A stretch of DNA of 26,727 bases from an uncultured bacterium (GCA_964581005.1 CAZONZ010000002.1:1-26727), one strand, 5' to 3'. Positions 1-11,124 are shown, counted from the stretch's first letter. A program made the numbers and translations. The notes: generated from the sequence alone by a model not told the origin.

Positions 1-14
1 GTGGGGACTTCAGG

Positions 15-488
15 ATGCGGATCGGGCAAGGTTACGATATTCATCGATTGGTGGAAGGGCGGCCTTTGATCTTAGGGGGGATTGAGATTCCTTATGATCA
101 AGGGTTATTGGGTCATAGTGATGCGGATGTCTTGACCCATGCGATCATGGATGCCCTGTTGGGGGCTGCTGCTCTGGGCGATATTGGGCACTATTTTCCG
201 CCTGAGGATCCCCAGTGGAAAGATGCCAACAGTATTGTGCTCTTGCAGAAGATTGTTGATCTGGTTCGGCAAAAAGGGTGGGCGATTGGCAATGTTGATG
301 CGGTTGTGGTAGCTGAACGGCCTAAACTCAAACCCCATATTCAAAATCTGCAGCAGAGTCTAGCTACCGCGATGCAGATCGAGACTGATCAGATCAGTGT
401 CAAGGCCACAACCCATGAAAAATTAGGACCGATCGGGGCCGGAGAAGCGATCGCTACCTATGCTGTGGCACTATTGATCCGAGCTTGA
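15..488 (+). CDS. ispF: 2-C-methyl-D-erythritol 2,4-cyclodiphosphate synthase
   Basis: 157 aa; N-terminal RIGQGYDIH (DxH), [26 protein letters not shown] and KATT motifs typical of IspF. Confidence 0.97.
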   Translation: MRIGQGYDIHRLVEGRPLILGGIEIPYDQGLLGHSDADVLTHAIMDALLGAAALGDIGHYFPPEDPQWKDANSIVLLQKIVDLVRQKGWAIGNVDAVVVAERPKLKPHIQNLQQSLATAMQIETDQISVKATTHEKLGPIGAGEAIATYAVALLIRA

Positions 489-602
489 TCCGGACTAAAT
501 GGAGATCTTTTTCTCCTAAACACCATTCGATCCTAAGATTTTAACGCTCATCTGTTTAGCTTCAGATCGTTTCCTTGCCCATCCTGATCGCAGCCTTTCA
601 TC

Positions 603-2402
603 ATGTCGCTATTTTCAGCATTTTCCACCCTTCTGAGAATCCTTCAGCAACTCCGGATCCTGCATTTTGGTCAAGGATTGGGTCTGATCCTTCTAAGCTG
701 GATGTTGACAGCTTGTGGGCCTCAGATCGCGGCGGATCGACCTCTGATTAATTTTCAGATTGCGGATCCAAAAACATTGAGTTCGTATCTTGCAGGAGAA
801 AACACGAGTCGGGATGTAATTGCCCCAACGGTAGCTGGATTGACCCGACTGAATGAAGATACTCTCTTGCCAGAACCGCAATTAGCGGAAGGTTGGGAGG
901 TTGATGATCAAGGATTGCGCTATGTCTTTACCCTCCGATCGGGACTTCGCTGGTCAGATGGAGAGCCCTTGACAGCTGCTGACGTGGACTTTACATTCAA
1001 CCAGCTTATCTATAACGAAGATCTCCCGATTTCTCAACGCGATGTCCAACGGATCGGTGAGAGTGGTGTCTTGCCGAAGGTGACTCAGCTAAATGATCTC
1101 CAGATTGAGTTTGTTTTACCTGAACCGTTTGCACCTTTCCTGCTACAGGCTGGGGTTCCGATCATGCCCAAACACATTCTGCAGCCGACGATCGATCAGC
1201 AGGACGCTTCAGGTAATCCTCTCTTTTTACAAACGTGGGGGATCGATACTCCAGTTGATCAAATTGTGGGTTGTGGTCCATTTTTCTATCAAAGTTATGT
1301 GCCTAATCAGCGAGTGATCTATAGAGCTAATCCTTACTACTGGAAGTCAGCTGTTGAAGGGGACACATTGCCTCGTCTGGATCAGTGGGTGCTACAAATT
1401 GTGGATAATCAAGACACGGCTCTATTACAGTTTCGATCGGGTAATTTTGATATTTATGAAGTCCGAGGAGGCGATTTCCAACTCTTAAAGCGAGAAGAAG
1501 ATCGAGATCAGTTCAAAATTTATAATTTAGGACCCACTCTCAATAATAATTTCATTGCGTTTAATATGTCACAGGCGCGTAATCCTAATACAGGTGATCC
1601 CTTTGTAGATCCGATCAAACAGCGTTGGTTCAATGATATTCACTTTCGTCAAGCTATCGCTCATGCCATCAATAAGCAGCAAATGGTCGATAGTATTTTG
1701 CAGGGACTGGGTGAACCTCAGAACTACACGATCTCTCCGGCCAGTCCGTTCCATCTCAGCCCAGATCAAGGCGCACCCCTTTATCCTTACGATCCTGATC
1801 GAGCTCGTCAGATCTTACGCTCAGCGGGATATCGTTACAATTCTGAACAGCAGTTAGTGGATCCAGAGGGGCATCAAGTCCGATTTATTCTACAAACTAA
1901 TGCAGAAAATAACCAGCGGACAGCGGCAGGGGCTCTGATCAAAGCAGATCTGGCTCAGGTTGGGATCACCGTTGATTTTGTGCCGATTGCTTTCAATACG
2001 CTGGTGCAGCAGATGGATAGTCGTGAGTGGGAATCGATCATGCTGGGGTTTGGGGGTGGAGGAACAGAACCGAATAATGGAGCCAATATCTGGCGTAGCA
2101 ATGGCCGTCTTCATATTTGGAATCTGGGTGATCTACCTGATAATCCAGCCGAAGGGGTTGTGGTAGCAGACTGGGAACGTGAGATCGATGCCATTTTTGC
2201 TCAAGGCACCCGTGAACTTGAGTTTACCAAGCGTAAAGCGCTCTACGATCAGTTCCAGATCATTGCCCAAGAGCAACTGCCCCTGATCGGCACCTTCAAT
2301 CCATTGGTTCTCGTCGCCATTCGGGATCGGGTTGAGGGAATCGATCCTCGTCCAATCTTGGGTCCACTTTGGAATCTGGATCAGGTATCGATCGCAGAAT
2401 AG
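603..2402 (+). CDS. ABC transporter substrate-binding lipoprotein, family 5 (peptide/nickel type)
   Basis: Lipobox LTAC after a hydrophobic stretch; FTLRSGLRWSDGEPLTAADVDFTF signature; GCGPF, FRQAIAHAINK and YDPDRARQIL segments. No permease or ATPase genes adjacent. Confidence 0.92.
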   Translation: MSLFSAFSTLLRILQQLRILHFGQGLGLILLSWMLTACGPQIAADRPLINFQIADPKTLSSYLAGENTSRDVIAPTVAGLTRLNEDTLLPEPQLAEGWEVDDQGLRYVFTLRSGLRWSDGEPLTAADVDFTFNQLIYNEDLPISQRDVQRIGESGVLPKVTQLNDLQIEFVLPEPFAPFLLQAGVPIMPKHILQPTIDQQDASGNPLFLQTWGIDTPVDQIVGCGPFFYQSYVPNQRVIYRANPYYWKSAVEGDTLPRLDQWVLQIVDNQDTALLQFRSGNFDIYEVRGGDFQLLKREEDRDQFKIYNLGPTLNNNFIAFNMSQARNPNTGDPFVDPIKQRWFNDIHFRQAIAHAINKQQMVDSILQGLGEPQNYTISPASPFHLSPDQGAPLYPYDPDRARQILRSAGYRYNSEQQLVDPEGHQVRFILQTNAENNQRTAAGALIKADLAQVGITVDFVPIAFNTLVQQMDSREWESIMLGFGGGGTEPNNGANIWRSNGRLHIWNLGDLPDNPAEGVVVADWEREIDAIFAQGTRELEFTKRKALYDQFQIIAQEQLPLIGTFNPLVLVAIRDRVEGIDPRPILGPLWNLDQVSIAE

Positions 2403-2539
2403 GGGAGACTCGCTCAAGAGCTCAGGTTGTCACTGAGGATTTATTAGAGTGATCCTTAGTGTTTGTAACTTCTGAGACGTTGTCGTTGAGGATCACCGTA
2501 AACTTAAGGATTCCCTTCCATTTCCTCCGTTAAATCATA

Positions 2540-2569
2540 TTGACAGAGTTTGCATCCAAGCCCTAAGAT
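2540..2569 (+). promoter_or_regulatory. Candidate sigma70-type promoter for glgP(-xfp)
   Basis: TTGACA (2540-2545), 18-bp spacer, TAAGAT (2564-2569), about 145 bp upstream of the likely glgP ATG. Confidence 0.5.
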
Positions 2570-2713
2570 TAGCCTCGACTAAGATTCTATCAAGCTTGAT
2601 ACTGATCTGATTTATCCTCATTGACTTTTCTCATTGTTCTTCGTCAACTTGCTGATTTATTTAGCTTGATCGACTCATCTCCCCTTAGGGCACAGAGCAC
2701 AGGAGCACCACTC

Positions 2714-5272
2714 ATGACTTCCGTTCCAACAACCAATCCTTCAGCTAATTTCACTATTGAAGATGATCGGACAGGGCTGAATGTTGAAACCTTGCGTCGC
2801 GCAATCGCAGACAATCTTTTTTATATTCAAGGAAAATATCCAGACATTGCCACGAAGAATGATTTTTACATGGCACTGGCTTACACCGTTCGGGATCGGC
2901 TTCTGCAACGCTGGTTGAGCACAACTCGAACCTATCTCAGTCAGAACGTGCGGACAGTTTGTTATTTATCGGCTGAGTTTCTGTTGGGTCCACATCTGGG
3001 AAATAATCTGATCAATTTAGGCATTTATGATCAGGTCAAGCAAGCCGTTGAGGAGTCAGGACTAAACCTGCAAGAGTTGTTGGAGCAGGAAGAGGAGCCT
3101 GGGCTAGGCAATGGTGGCTTGGGCCGATTAGCCGCCTGCTATATGGACTCGCTAGCCAGTTTATCCATCCCTGCAATTGGGTATGGGATCCGCTATGAAT
3201 TTGGCATTTTTGATCAGGAAATTCGGGATGGATGGCAGGTTGAGATCACGGATAAATGGCTACAACATGGAAATCCTTGGGAGTTACCTCGTCCAGAAGC
3301 CTCATTGACGGTTAAGTTTGGTGGACATACGGAAGCCTACACAGATGAAGAGGGGCATTACCGGGTTCGCTGGATCCCTGCTGAGATCATCAAAGGAATT
3401 CCGTATGATACGCCGATCTTGGGCTATCGGGTCAACACAGCTAACACATTGCGATTGTGGAAGGCCGAAGCACCTGAGTCGTTTGACTTTCAATCGTTTA
3501 ATCTGGGTGATTACTACGGTGCTGTTGAAGCGAAGATGGTATCTGAGAATATTACTAAAGTTCTCTATCCCAATGATGAGCCTCTGCAAGGGAAGCAATT
3601 GCGACTGCAGCAACAATACTTTTTTGTCTCCTGTTCATTGCAAGATATGATCCGGATTCATCTCAGCCAGGGTGGGAGTTTGGAAACCTTTCATCAGCAG
3701 TTTGCAGCTCAACTGAATGACACTCACCCTTCGATCGCAGTCGTTGAACTGATGCGCCTACTTATTGATGATCATAACTTATCCTGGGAAAAGGCTTGGG
3801 AGATCACTCAGCAGACCTTTGCGTATACGAACCATACACTCCTGCCAGAAGCATTAGAGAAATGGTCGATCAGTTTGTTTAGTCATTTGCTCCCGCGTCA
3901 CTTGGAACTGATCTATGAAATGAATCGGCGGTTCCTTGATCAAGTGCGGATCCAGTATCCCGGAGACAATGATAAATTGAGAGTGCTTTCGTTGATCGAT
4001 GAGGACGGGGAACGTTATGTACGGATGGCTCATCTAGCCACAGTTGGTAGTCATACGATCAATGGTGTTGCCGAGTTGCACACTCAGCTTCTACAGGAAC
4101 TTGTGTTGCGGGACTTCCATGATCTGTTCAAAGGGGAAGCTTGGATCCAGAAGTTTGTTAATGTTACCAATGGAGTGACGCCTCGACGGTGGATGGTGTT
4201 GATCAATCCTCGCTTGACGGACTTGCTTAATCGTAGAATTGGGGATCGATGGATCACTCATTTGGACGAGTTAAAGAAGCTGGAAGACTTGGCTGAAGAT
4301 CCAGAGTTTCGGGCAGAGTGGCGTCAGATCAAACAGGCAATCAAACAGGACTTAGCTAACTATATTCAGCAGCAGCAAGGGCTGATCGTCAATCCTGAAT
4401 CGTTGTTTGATATCCAGGTGAAGCGGATCCATGAGTACAAGCGCCAGCATTTGAATGTATTGCATATTATTACTCTTTATAACCGGATCAAACATAACCC
4501 TGATCTGGATCTGGTTCCTCGCACCTTTATCTTTGGAGGGAAGGCTGCGCCGGGATACTTTATGGCCAAACGGGTCATCAAATTGATCAATGCTGTGGGA
4601 GAAGTGGTTAACCATGATCCAGATGTGCGGGATCGACTCAAAGTTGTTTATCTGCCGGATTATAATGTGACGAATAGCCAGCGGGTTTATCCAGCAGCGG
4701 ATCTGTCTGAGCAAATTTCGACAGCTGGTAAAGAAGCTTCGGGTACAGGGAATATGAAGTTTTCGCTGAATGGGGCGCTGACGATCGGTACACTCGATGG
4801 AGCTAATGTTGAGATCCGTCAAGAAGTCGGGGCTGAACATTTCTTCTTGTTTGGGTTAAGGAGTGATGAGGTTTTGGAGCTGCGATCCAAAGGCTACGAT
4901 CCCCGTCGATATTATGAGTCTGATCCGATGTTGAAAGAAGTTATCGATCGAATTCAGTCTGGGCTCTTTTCGAGTGGAGATACTAGCCTGTTTCAGCCGT
5001 TAGTGGATTCATTGTTGTATCACGATCCATTTATGTTGTTTGCCGATTATGCTTCGTATATTGACTGTCAGGATCACGTCAGTCAAGCGTTTCGGGATCA
5101 GGAGAGTTGGACTCGTAAATCTATCTTGAATGTGGCTCGGATGAGCAAGTTTTCTTCCGATCGTTCGATCCGTGACTACTGTGAGCGGATCTGGGGGGTT
5201 AAGCCCGTTCCGATCGAAGTCAATGAGTATGTTCAGGCCCAGGCAGGATTGCAGGTTGAAATTAAGAAATAG
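2714..5272 (+). CDS. glgP: Glycogen/starch phosphorylase (likely start ATG 2714 behind AGGAG; the ORF track extends to TTG 2621)
   Basis: GLGNGGLGRLAAC, QLNDTHP, KRIHEYKRQ and PLP-lysine motif EASGTGNMKF. Confidence 0.97.
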   Translation: MTSVPTTNPSANFTIEDDRTGLNVETLRRAIADNLFYIQGKYPDIATKNDFYMALAYTVRDRLLQRWLSTTRTYLSQNVRTVCYLSAEFLLGPHLGNNLINLGIYDQVKQAVEESGLNLQELLEQEEEPGLGNGGLGRLAACYMDSLASLSIPAIGYGIRYEFGIFDQEIRDGWQVEITDKWLQHGNPWELPRPEASLTVKFGGHTEAYTDEEGHYRVRWIPAEIIKGIPYDTPILGYRVNTANTLRLWKAEAPESFDFQSFNLGDYYGAVEAKMVSENITKVLYPNDEPLQGKQLRLQQQYFFVSCSLQDMIRIHLSQGGSLETFHQQFAAQLNDTHPSIAVVELMRLLIDDHNLSWEKAWEITQQTFAYTNHTLLPEALEKWSISLFSHLLPRHLELIYEMNRRFLDQVRIQYPGDNDKLRVLSLIDEDGERYVRMAHLATVGSHTINGVAELHTQLLQELVLRDFHDLFKGEAWIQKFVNVTNGVTPRRWMVLINPRLTDLLNRRIGDRWITHLDELKKLEDLAEDPEFRAEWRQIKQAIKQDLANYIQQQQGLIVNPESLFDIQVKRIHEYKRQHLNVLHIITLYNRIKHNPDLDLVPRTFIFGGKAAPGYFMAKRVIKLINAVGEVVNHDPDVRDRLKVVYLPDYNVTNSQRVYPAADLSEQISTAGKEASGTGNMKFSLNGALTIGTLDGANVEIRQEVGAEHFFLFGLRSDEVLELRSKGYDPRRYYESDPMLKEVIDRIQSGLFSSGDTSLFQPLVDSLLYHDPFMLFADYASYIDCQDHVSQAFRDQESWTRKSILNVARMSKFSSDRSIRDYCERIWGVKPVPIEVNEYVQAQAGLQVEIKK

Positions 5273-5350
5273 TTACTGCGGCACGGTTTTGGATCAGATC
5301 CTGTGAACATAGAGGTTGAACTCTGATAGCGATGTATTGATCCTAATCCT

Positions 5351-7768
5351 ATGACAGCCACTACCTCCGCTCAAACCACACCTGCTGCTGCAGCTCAACC
5401 TCTCAATCCAGAAGAATTGCGTAAGATCCATGCGTATTGGCGAGCTTGTAATTATCTCGCAGTAGGGATGATCTACTTGCGCTCCAACCCCCTTCTGAAA
5501 GAGAGTTTGAAACCAGAGCAGATCAAGCACCGCCTCCTGGGTCACTGGGGAGCATCACCCGCTCTCAGCTTTACCTACATTCACCTGAATCGCCTGATCA
5601 AAAAATATGATCTGAACATGATCTATTTGGCAGGGCCAGGACATGGGGCTCCAGGGGTGCTGGGGCCTGTGTATTTGGAAGGCACCTACTCTGAGATCTA
5701 CCCAGACAAGAGTGAAGATGAAGAAGGGATGGGCAAGTTCTTCAAACAGTTCTCCTTCCCTGGCCATATCGGGAGCCACTGCACACCTGAAACCCCTGGA
5801 TCGATCCATGAAGGGGGTGAGCTGGGCTACAGCCTTTCGCATGCTTACGGAACAGTGTTAGACAGCCCGGATTTGATCTCAGCTGTTGTGGTCGGTGATG
5901 GGGAAGCGGAAACCGGACCACTGGCGACCGCTTGGCATTCCAACAAGTTTATCAATCCGATCCGAGATGGGGCTGTCTTACCGATCTTGAACTTGAACGG
6001 ATACAAAATTGCGAACCCCACGATCTTGGCCCGGATCTCACCGGAAGAATTGGAAAGCTTATTCCGAGGATACGGCTATACGCCCTATGTGGTTGAAGGT
6101 GAAGATCCGGAATTCATGCACCAGAAGATGGCGGCTACCTTGGAGGAATGTATCACTCAGATCCGTTCGATCCAGGCGGAAGCACGTAGCTCTGGAGTGG
6201 CTCAGCGTCCGCGTTGGCCCATGATCATCTTGCGCGCTCCGAAGGGGTGGACGGGACCGAAGGAAGTGGATGGTCATAAGGTGGAAGGATTCTGGCGGGC
6301 TCACCAGGTACCGATGGGAGGCATGCATCATAATCCTCAACACCTGGACATGTTGACAGCCTGGATGAAGGGCTACAAGCCAGAAGAATTATTTGATGAG
6401 CATGGTACCTTGATCCCCGAATTGAAGGAACTGGCTCCCACTGGCCACCGCCGCATGAGTGCAAACCTGATCACCAACGGGGGCTTGGTGCGCAAGGAAC
6501 TGTGTTTACCTGATTTTCGTGAATATGCCGTTGAAGTGCCGAAGCCAGGTCAAGTCGAAGTTGAAAACACCAAGATCATGGCGTATTTCCTGCGGGATAC
6601 GATGCAGAAAAATATGACCAGTTTCCGGGTGTTTGGTCCAGATGAGACGGCTTCCAATCGGCTGAGCCCGATCTATGAAGTCACGCAAAAAACCTGGATG
6701 GCAGACTACTTGCCAGAAGATGCTGATGGAAGCCAACTGTCACCGGATGGTCGCGTGATGGAGATGTTGAGTGAGCATACCTTGCAGGGTTGGCTCGAAG
6801 GATATCTCTTAACTGGACGGCACGGTCTCTTCCATACTTATGAAGCCTTTGCCCATGTTGTCGATTCAATGTTCAATCAACATGCCAAGTGGCTCGATAT
6901 CTGCAAAAATCATGTGCCCTGGCGTGCTCCGATCTCCTCGTTGAATATTTTGTTGTCCTCGTTGGTATGGCGGCAAGATCACAACGGCTTCAGTCACCAG
7001 GATCCTGGGTTCATTGATCTAGTCACGAACAAAAGCCCAGATGTAACTCGGATCTACCTTCCTCCTGATGCCAACTGCTTGCTTTCTGTGGCGGATCACT
7101 GTCTGCGAAGTGTGGATTATGTGAATGTGATCGTGGCCGATAAACAGATGCACCTGCAGTACTTAAGTATGCCGGAAGCGATCAAGCATTGCACTAAGGG
7201 TATTGGCATTTGGGAGTGGGCCAGCAACGATGATCAAGGGATAGAGCCTGATGAGCCCGATGTCGTGATGGCTTGCTGTGGAGATATCCCCACAATGGAG
7301 TCTCTAGCAGCTACGGCGATCCTGCGCGAGGAATTCCCTCATTTGAAAGTGCGGTTTATCAATGTGGTGGATCTGTTCAAGTTGCAGCCTGAACACGAGC
7401 ATCCTCACGGCTTATCCGACATTGACTTCAATACCCTGTTCACGCCCGATAAACCTGTGGTGTTTAATTTCCACGGCTATCCCTGGCTGATCCACAAGTT
7501 GACCTATCGCCGCACCAATCAGCATCGGATCCATGTACGGGGCTACAAAGAGGAGGGGAATATCAACACACCTTTGGAATTGGCGATCCGGAATCAAATT
7601 GATCGCTACAACCTGGTGATTGATGTGATCGATCGAGTTCCGAAGCTGGGTTCTGCTGCTGCCTATGTCAAGGAGCGAATGAAAAATCTGATCATCGAAA
7701 ACCTCAATCACGCCTTTGAAGAAGGATCCGATCGAGCAGAGATCGTTCATTGGCGTTGGCCCTACTAA
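5351..7768 (+). CDS. xfp: Xylulose-5-P/fructose-6-P phosphoketolase
   Basis: 805 aa; LLGHWG, GPGHG, EGGELGY, ThDP-binding [14 protein letters not shown] and [13 protein letters not shown] motifs. Confidence 0.96.
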   Translation: MTATTSAQTTPAAAAQPLNPEELRKIHAYWRACNYLAVGMIYLRSNPLLKESLKPEQIKHRLLGHWGASPALSFTYIHLNRLIKKYDLNMIYLAGPGHGAPGVLGPVYLEGTYSEIYPDKSEDEEGMGKFFKQFSFPGHIGSHCTPETPGSIHEGGELGYSLSHAYGTVLDSPDLISAVVVGDGEAETGPLATAWHSNKFINPIRDGAVLPILNLNGYKIANPTILARISPEELESLFRGYGYTPYVVEGEDPEFMHQKMAATLEECITQIRSIQAEARSSGVAQRPRWPMIILRAPKGWTGPKEVDGHKVEGFWRAHQVPMGGMHHNPQHLDMLTAWMKGYKPEELFDEHGTLIPELKELAPTGHRRMSANLITNGGLVRKELCLPDFREYAVEVPKPGQVEVENTKIMAYFLRDTMQKNMTSFRVFGPDETASNRLSPIYEVTQKTWMADYLPEDADGSQLSPDGRVMEMLSEHTLQGWLEGYLLTGRHGLFHTYEAFAHVVDSMFNQHAKWLDICKNHVPWRAPISSLNILLSSLVWRQDHNGFSHQDPGFIDLVTNKSPDVTRIYLPPDANCLLSVADHCLRSVDYVNVIVADKQMHLQYLSMPEAIKHCTKGIGIWEWASNDDQGIEPDEPDVVMACCGDIPTMESLAATAILREEFPHLKVRFINVVDLFKLQPEHEHPHGLSDIDFNTLFTPDKPVVFNFHGYPWLIHKLTYRRTNQHRIHVRGYKEEGNINTPLELAIRNQIDRYNLVIDVIDRVPKLGSAAAYVKERMKNLIIENLNHAFEEGSDRAEIVHWRWPY

Positions 7769-8090
7769 GATCTAGCCCACTCGTGCAAATGGACCATGAT
7801 ACGAGAGCGATCGGGTGTGTGGATGATCTACATGCCCGATTTTTCTAGGATCAGCCAAGCTTGTAGGCACTAACCCTTGCAGGGACTGTTCATGGACCTA
7901 ATCGAGTTGCTTAATGATCACCTTCTCCCGCAGGATTCAACTTTAACTCCAGCCAAGTTGCAGATCTGTCGATACACTAAAGTCTTGGATTGGAATTGCG
8001 TGACTACGATCGAGAACTATGACAAACCTGCCGTATCCAAGGATCAGTTCTTCCTCCATCAAGCACCTGAGCCATCTCAGTCCCCAACAG

Positions 8091-9515
8091 ATGATGAGGA
8101 GCTGGATGAGGGGTATATGGACTCTGATCTATCTGGTGATCGGTGCAGCTTTCATGGCTGGGTGTTGGTCGGACTCAGCCCCACCTCACCAGGCCCAAGC
8201 CCAGACTGACTCATCTGTAGCTCTACAACCGTCCTCAGCTCTACAAGTTTCCTCATCGGCGACCGAAGTGAGTCCAGGCACTGATCAACCGATCCCGACT
8301 AGCCAAATTGCAGCTTCAGAGAACCAGCCACCTGATTCGGTCTCAATCGTACTACCCACCACACCGAACCCCACCACCCAAAGGATCATCGATCTATATC
8401 TCGATCGCCTTGCCGCTAGAGGGTTTAACCGCGAAGGTCAGGGAGTATGGATCCAAATGGATCAAGAGTGGGTTGCCGCTGCTCAGGGTTCGGTCCCTTT
8501 ACCTGCTGCCTCCGTTACCAAAGTGGCCACGACCCTGGCTGTCTTCGACGCCTTGGGGCCTGACTACCGTTTCCTCACTTCGTGGACTGCAACCGGACCC
8601 ATCCAAAATGGCATTCTGACAGGGGATCTTGTTGTGCAAGGATCTGGAGATCCCTTTTTTGTCTGGGAGGATGCGATCGCTGTAGCCAATCTGTTGCAGC
8701 AAGCTGGGATCCAGCAGGTTAGCGGCAATTTGATCGTGACAGGCCGGTTTGCGATGAATTTTCAGACGGATCCTCAGGTTGCGGGTGAGATCCTCCGACA
8801 AGGGTTGAACGCTGCCCTCTGGCCTCCTGAGGCGGAAACCCAATATCAAACCCTTTCGCCTGGTACTCCCCGTCCCCAGATCACGATCCAAGGATCAGTT
8901 CAAGTTGTGCCCAATCTCCCGGATCAGGTGCCCCCTCTCCTCCAACATGCTTCCTTACCCGTGGCCGAGTTGCTCAAAAAAATGAATCTCTATAGCAACA
9001 ATGTTATGGCCAATCAGTTGGCGGATCAGGTTGGCGGAGCAGCTGCTGTCGCTGAAAAGGTGTCAAACATTACAGGGATCCCACTGCAGGAGATCCAACT
9101 GGTGAACGGATCGGGCTTAGGGATCGAGAACCGGATCTCGCCACGGGCCGCTTGTGCCATGTTGCTGGCTATCGATCAACTCCTTGAGAGAAGCAATCTA
9201 TCGCTCACAGATGTGATGGCTATTGTGGGTCAGGATCAAGGAGTGCTGCAGTCCCGCTCACTTCCCCCTGTGGTGATTGCAAAATCGGGAACCCTCAATG
9301 CAGTCAGCAGTCTAGCAGGTGTCCTCCCGACTCAGCAAGGAACGCTCTGGTTTGTGATCATGAACACTAGCGCTGATCTACAAGGATCTCGACTCGAACA
9401 GGATGCCGTGTTACGAGATTTGCTGCAACAATGGGGATCCGTATCTGTCCTCCCAGCTAACTTGCGGCCTACTGTGGAGCGAGCTAACCTCACATCCTGG
9501 AGCAAACTGCTTTGA
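8091..9515 (+). CDS. dacB: D-alanyl-D-alanine carboxypeptidase/endopeptidase, peptidase S13 (PBP4/DacB-like) lipoprotein; likely start ATG 8091 (ORF track 8019)
   Basis: Lipobox FMAGC followed by an S/P/Q-rich linker; SxxK (ASVTK), SxN (SNN), NGSGL and KSGT motifs. Confidence 0.88.
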   Translation: MMRSWMRGIWTLIYLVIGAAFMAGCWSDSAPPHQAQAQTDSSVALQPSSALQVSSSATEVSPGTDQPIPTSQIAASENQPPDSVSIVLPTTPNPTTQRIIDLYLDRLAARGFNREGQGVWIQMDQEWVAAAQGSVPLPAASVTKVATTLAVFDALGPDYRFLTSWTATGPIQNGILTGDLVVQGSGDPFFVWEDAIAVANLLQQAGIQQVSGNLIVTGRFAMNFQTDPQVAGEILRQGLNAALWPPEAETQYQTLSPGTPRPQITIQGSVQVVPNLPDQVPPLLQHASLPVAELLKKMNLYSNNVMANQLADQVGGAAAVAEKVSNITGIPLQEIQLVNGSGLGIENRISPRAACAMLLAIDQLLERSNLSLTDVMAIVGQDQGVLQSRSLPPVVIAKSGTLNAVSSLAGVLPTQQGTLWFVIMNTSADLQGSRLEQDAVLRDLLQQWGSVSVLPANLRPTVERANLTSWSKLL

Positions 9516-10207
9516 TGAGCCCAACCCCCCATTCTCTTCCGCAGGGGTGTGTCCTGCGATCGGCCACTAAGTCTGATCGATTTGCACTGCAAGCGTTGGT
9601 GTATCGATTTATCCGTCAGGAGGCTTGGAGCTTTGAGGTACGCATTGTTGGATACTCACTCCTACAAATTTTAATGTTGTCAGGATTGATCTGGCTGGAA
9701 AGTTTTTTGTTTGCCTTCAGTCGTCAAGGGTGGGTGCAATTGGGTTTGTTTTTTGCGATCCTGGCAACCATGATCATGATCTGTTTGGAGATTTCGTTTT
9801 TACTCTTACATTTGCAGTCTAGTTTAAGTGGTGCATTCTTTCATTGGAGCAATTATACTGTGATCGAACATCAAGGGCGCTTGATCGGTTGTGGTGCTCT
9901 CGCAGAATCAACCTTATGCTCGATCATTTATAATATGTTTGTCGATCCAGAATGGCGCGGAAAGGGTCTAGGATCAGAGCTGATGCATCATTTATTAGCT
10001 AAAGATCTTTCTTCTATATATCTAGTTTGTAAACCTGATTTAGTCCCTTTTTATCAAGCCTTTGGCTTTTCTCCAATGTCCTGGTGTGATCTCCCCGATC
10101 TAATGAAACTTAGCTTCGAGATCTTTCGCCCCAGCCTACGTTTACGAGGCTACTCCTTTTGTTTCTTAGTCCTACATCCTAATTCCCAAGATTCCTCAGG
10201 ATCTTGA
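9515..10207 (+). CDS. GNAT-family N-acetyltransferase with an inserted pair of predicted transmembrane helices
   Basis: LRSAT..D start; acetyl-CoA motif A FVDPEWRGKGLG; C-terminal FYQAFGF. ATG overlaps the dacB stop (TGATG). Confidence 0.8.
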   Translation: MSPTPHSLPQGCVLRSATKSDRFALQALVYRFIRQEAWSFEVRIVGYSLLQILMLSGLIWLESFLFAFSRQGWVQLGLFFAILATMIMICLEISFLLLHLQSSLSGAFFHWSNYTVIEHQGRLIGCGALAESTLCSIIYNMFVDPEWRGKGLGSELMHHLLAKDLSSIYLVCKPDLVPFYQAFGFSPMSWCDLPDLMKLSFEIFRPSLRLRGYSFCFLVLHPNSQDSSGS

Positions 10208-10237
10208 TCTCATCTGATCAGGGTAGGTTCTATCATT

Positions 10238-10309
10238 TCGATGAACAACTCGATGAGCAACTCGATGAGCAACTCGATGAGCAACTTGATGAGCAACTCG
10301 ATGAGCAAC
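10238..10309. repeat. Tandem repeat, 6 x 12 bp TCGATGAGCAAC
   Basis: Six adjacent units with two single-base variants (TCGATGAACAAC, TTGATGAGCAAC) in the convergent intergenic gap. Confidence 0.97.
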
Positions 10310-10443
10310 GGTGGGGCATGGAGATCAGTTCAGAACTTTCCAATCCAATAGCTTGCCTCGCCTAAGTTTTTGCCAACTCAGGACTAAAGCAAGCTGAATG
10401 ATCTTGATCTTATGGTCTTGATCTCGGTCAGAGGTGAGATAAC

Positions 10444-11124
10444 CTAGTTTGCAATCAGTTTATCGACGATCTCAGCATGGCTCATGCCTTTACGGATCCA
10501 GTCTGCACAAGACTGTAAACGCTCAGCGGTCGTAATGATGAAACGATTGCGATCGGCACCTAACGATTCACAGGTTGTTTGAACACAGCTCAACGCTCGC
10601 CCTGACAATGCTGAGAACACACTGGCTAGAACCCCTGCTTCCATATAGCAAGAAGGTTCATCCGGCTTCGTCTCCTCCGGCAAACTCGCAAGAGCAGCCT
10701 TAGCAAACCCAGAATTGAAGACTGTCGCCTCTACAACTCCTCGATCCGAGTGTTCAAAATGAAGCTGCAGCCGCCCCCACCCATGCGTTGCCCAGAGATC
10801 GGTCAGAGAGTCGATCAAGATCCCAATCGGCATATCGCCCAGTGGCTCACCGCGATACTGGGAGAGTTCCTCCTCAAATCGTTCAAAGAACTCCTGTCCC
10901 CAATCGCGTCCACAGTTGTAGAGGATCACTCGTGTTGCTTGTCCAGTCTCATACCGAAGCCCAGAATACATGGCTCGGACCAAAGCCTCTGGAAAGGCCG
11001 CTAATCGGTACCCACCTCGACTTTCCAGTAAACCCGAATGAATATCAGGCCGAATGTAGTACGTTGGGGTAAAGCAATGGCCGGGTAAGACCCGATCTTG
11101 CAGCAGCTCTTGCAATGTTGTCAT
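10444..11124 (-). CDS. V4R (4-vinyl reductase) domain protein, Slr0147-like
   Basis: WATHGWGRL, PSCYMEAGVLASVFS and SCVQTTCESLG motifs of the V4R fold; position in the cluster. Confidence 0.82.
   Translation of the reverse strand: MTTLQELLQDRVLPGHCFTPTYYIRPDIHSGLLESRGGYRLAAFPEALVRAMYSGLRYETGQATRVILYNCGRDWGQEFFERFEEELSQYRGEPLGDMPIGILIDSLTDLWATHGWGRLQLHFEHSDRGVVEATVFNSGFAKAALASLPEETKPDEPSCYMEAGVLASVFSALSGRALSCVQTTCESLGADRNRFIITTAERLQSCADWIRKGMSHAEIVDKLIAN

Noticed and set aside
2465-2478. NtcA box upstream of glgP (GTA-N8-GAC)
   Set aside because: Right half-site mismatched (GAC rather than TAC) and not positioned about 22 nt from a -10 element
7877-8209. 110-aa TTG ORF upstream of and overlapping dacB
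   Set aside because: Overlaps the dacB signal-peptide region in another frame, has no recognisable motif and a weak start
10204-10372. Mini-ORFs through the 12-bp repeat ((DEQL)n or (MSNS)n)
   Set aside because: No ribosome-binding site; reading frames stay open trivially because the unit length is a multiple of 3
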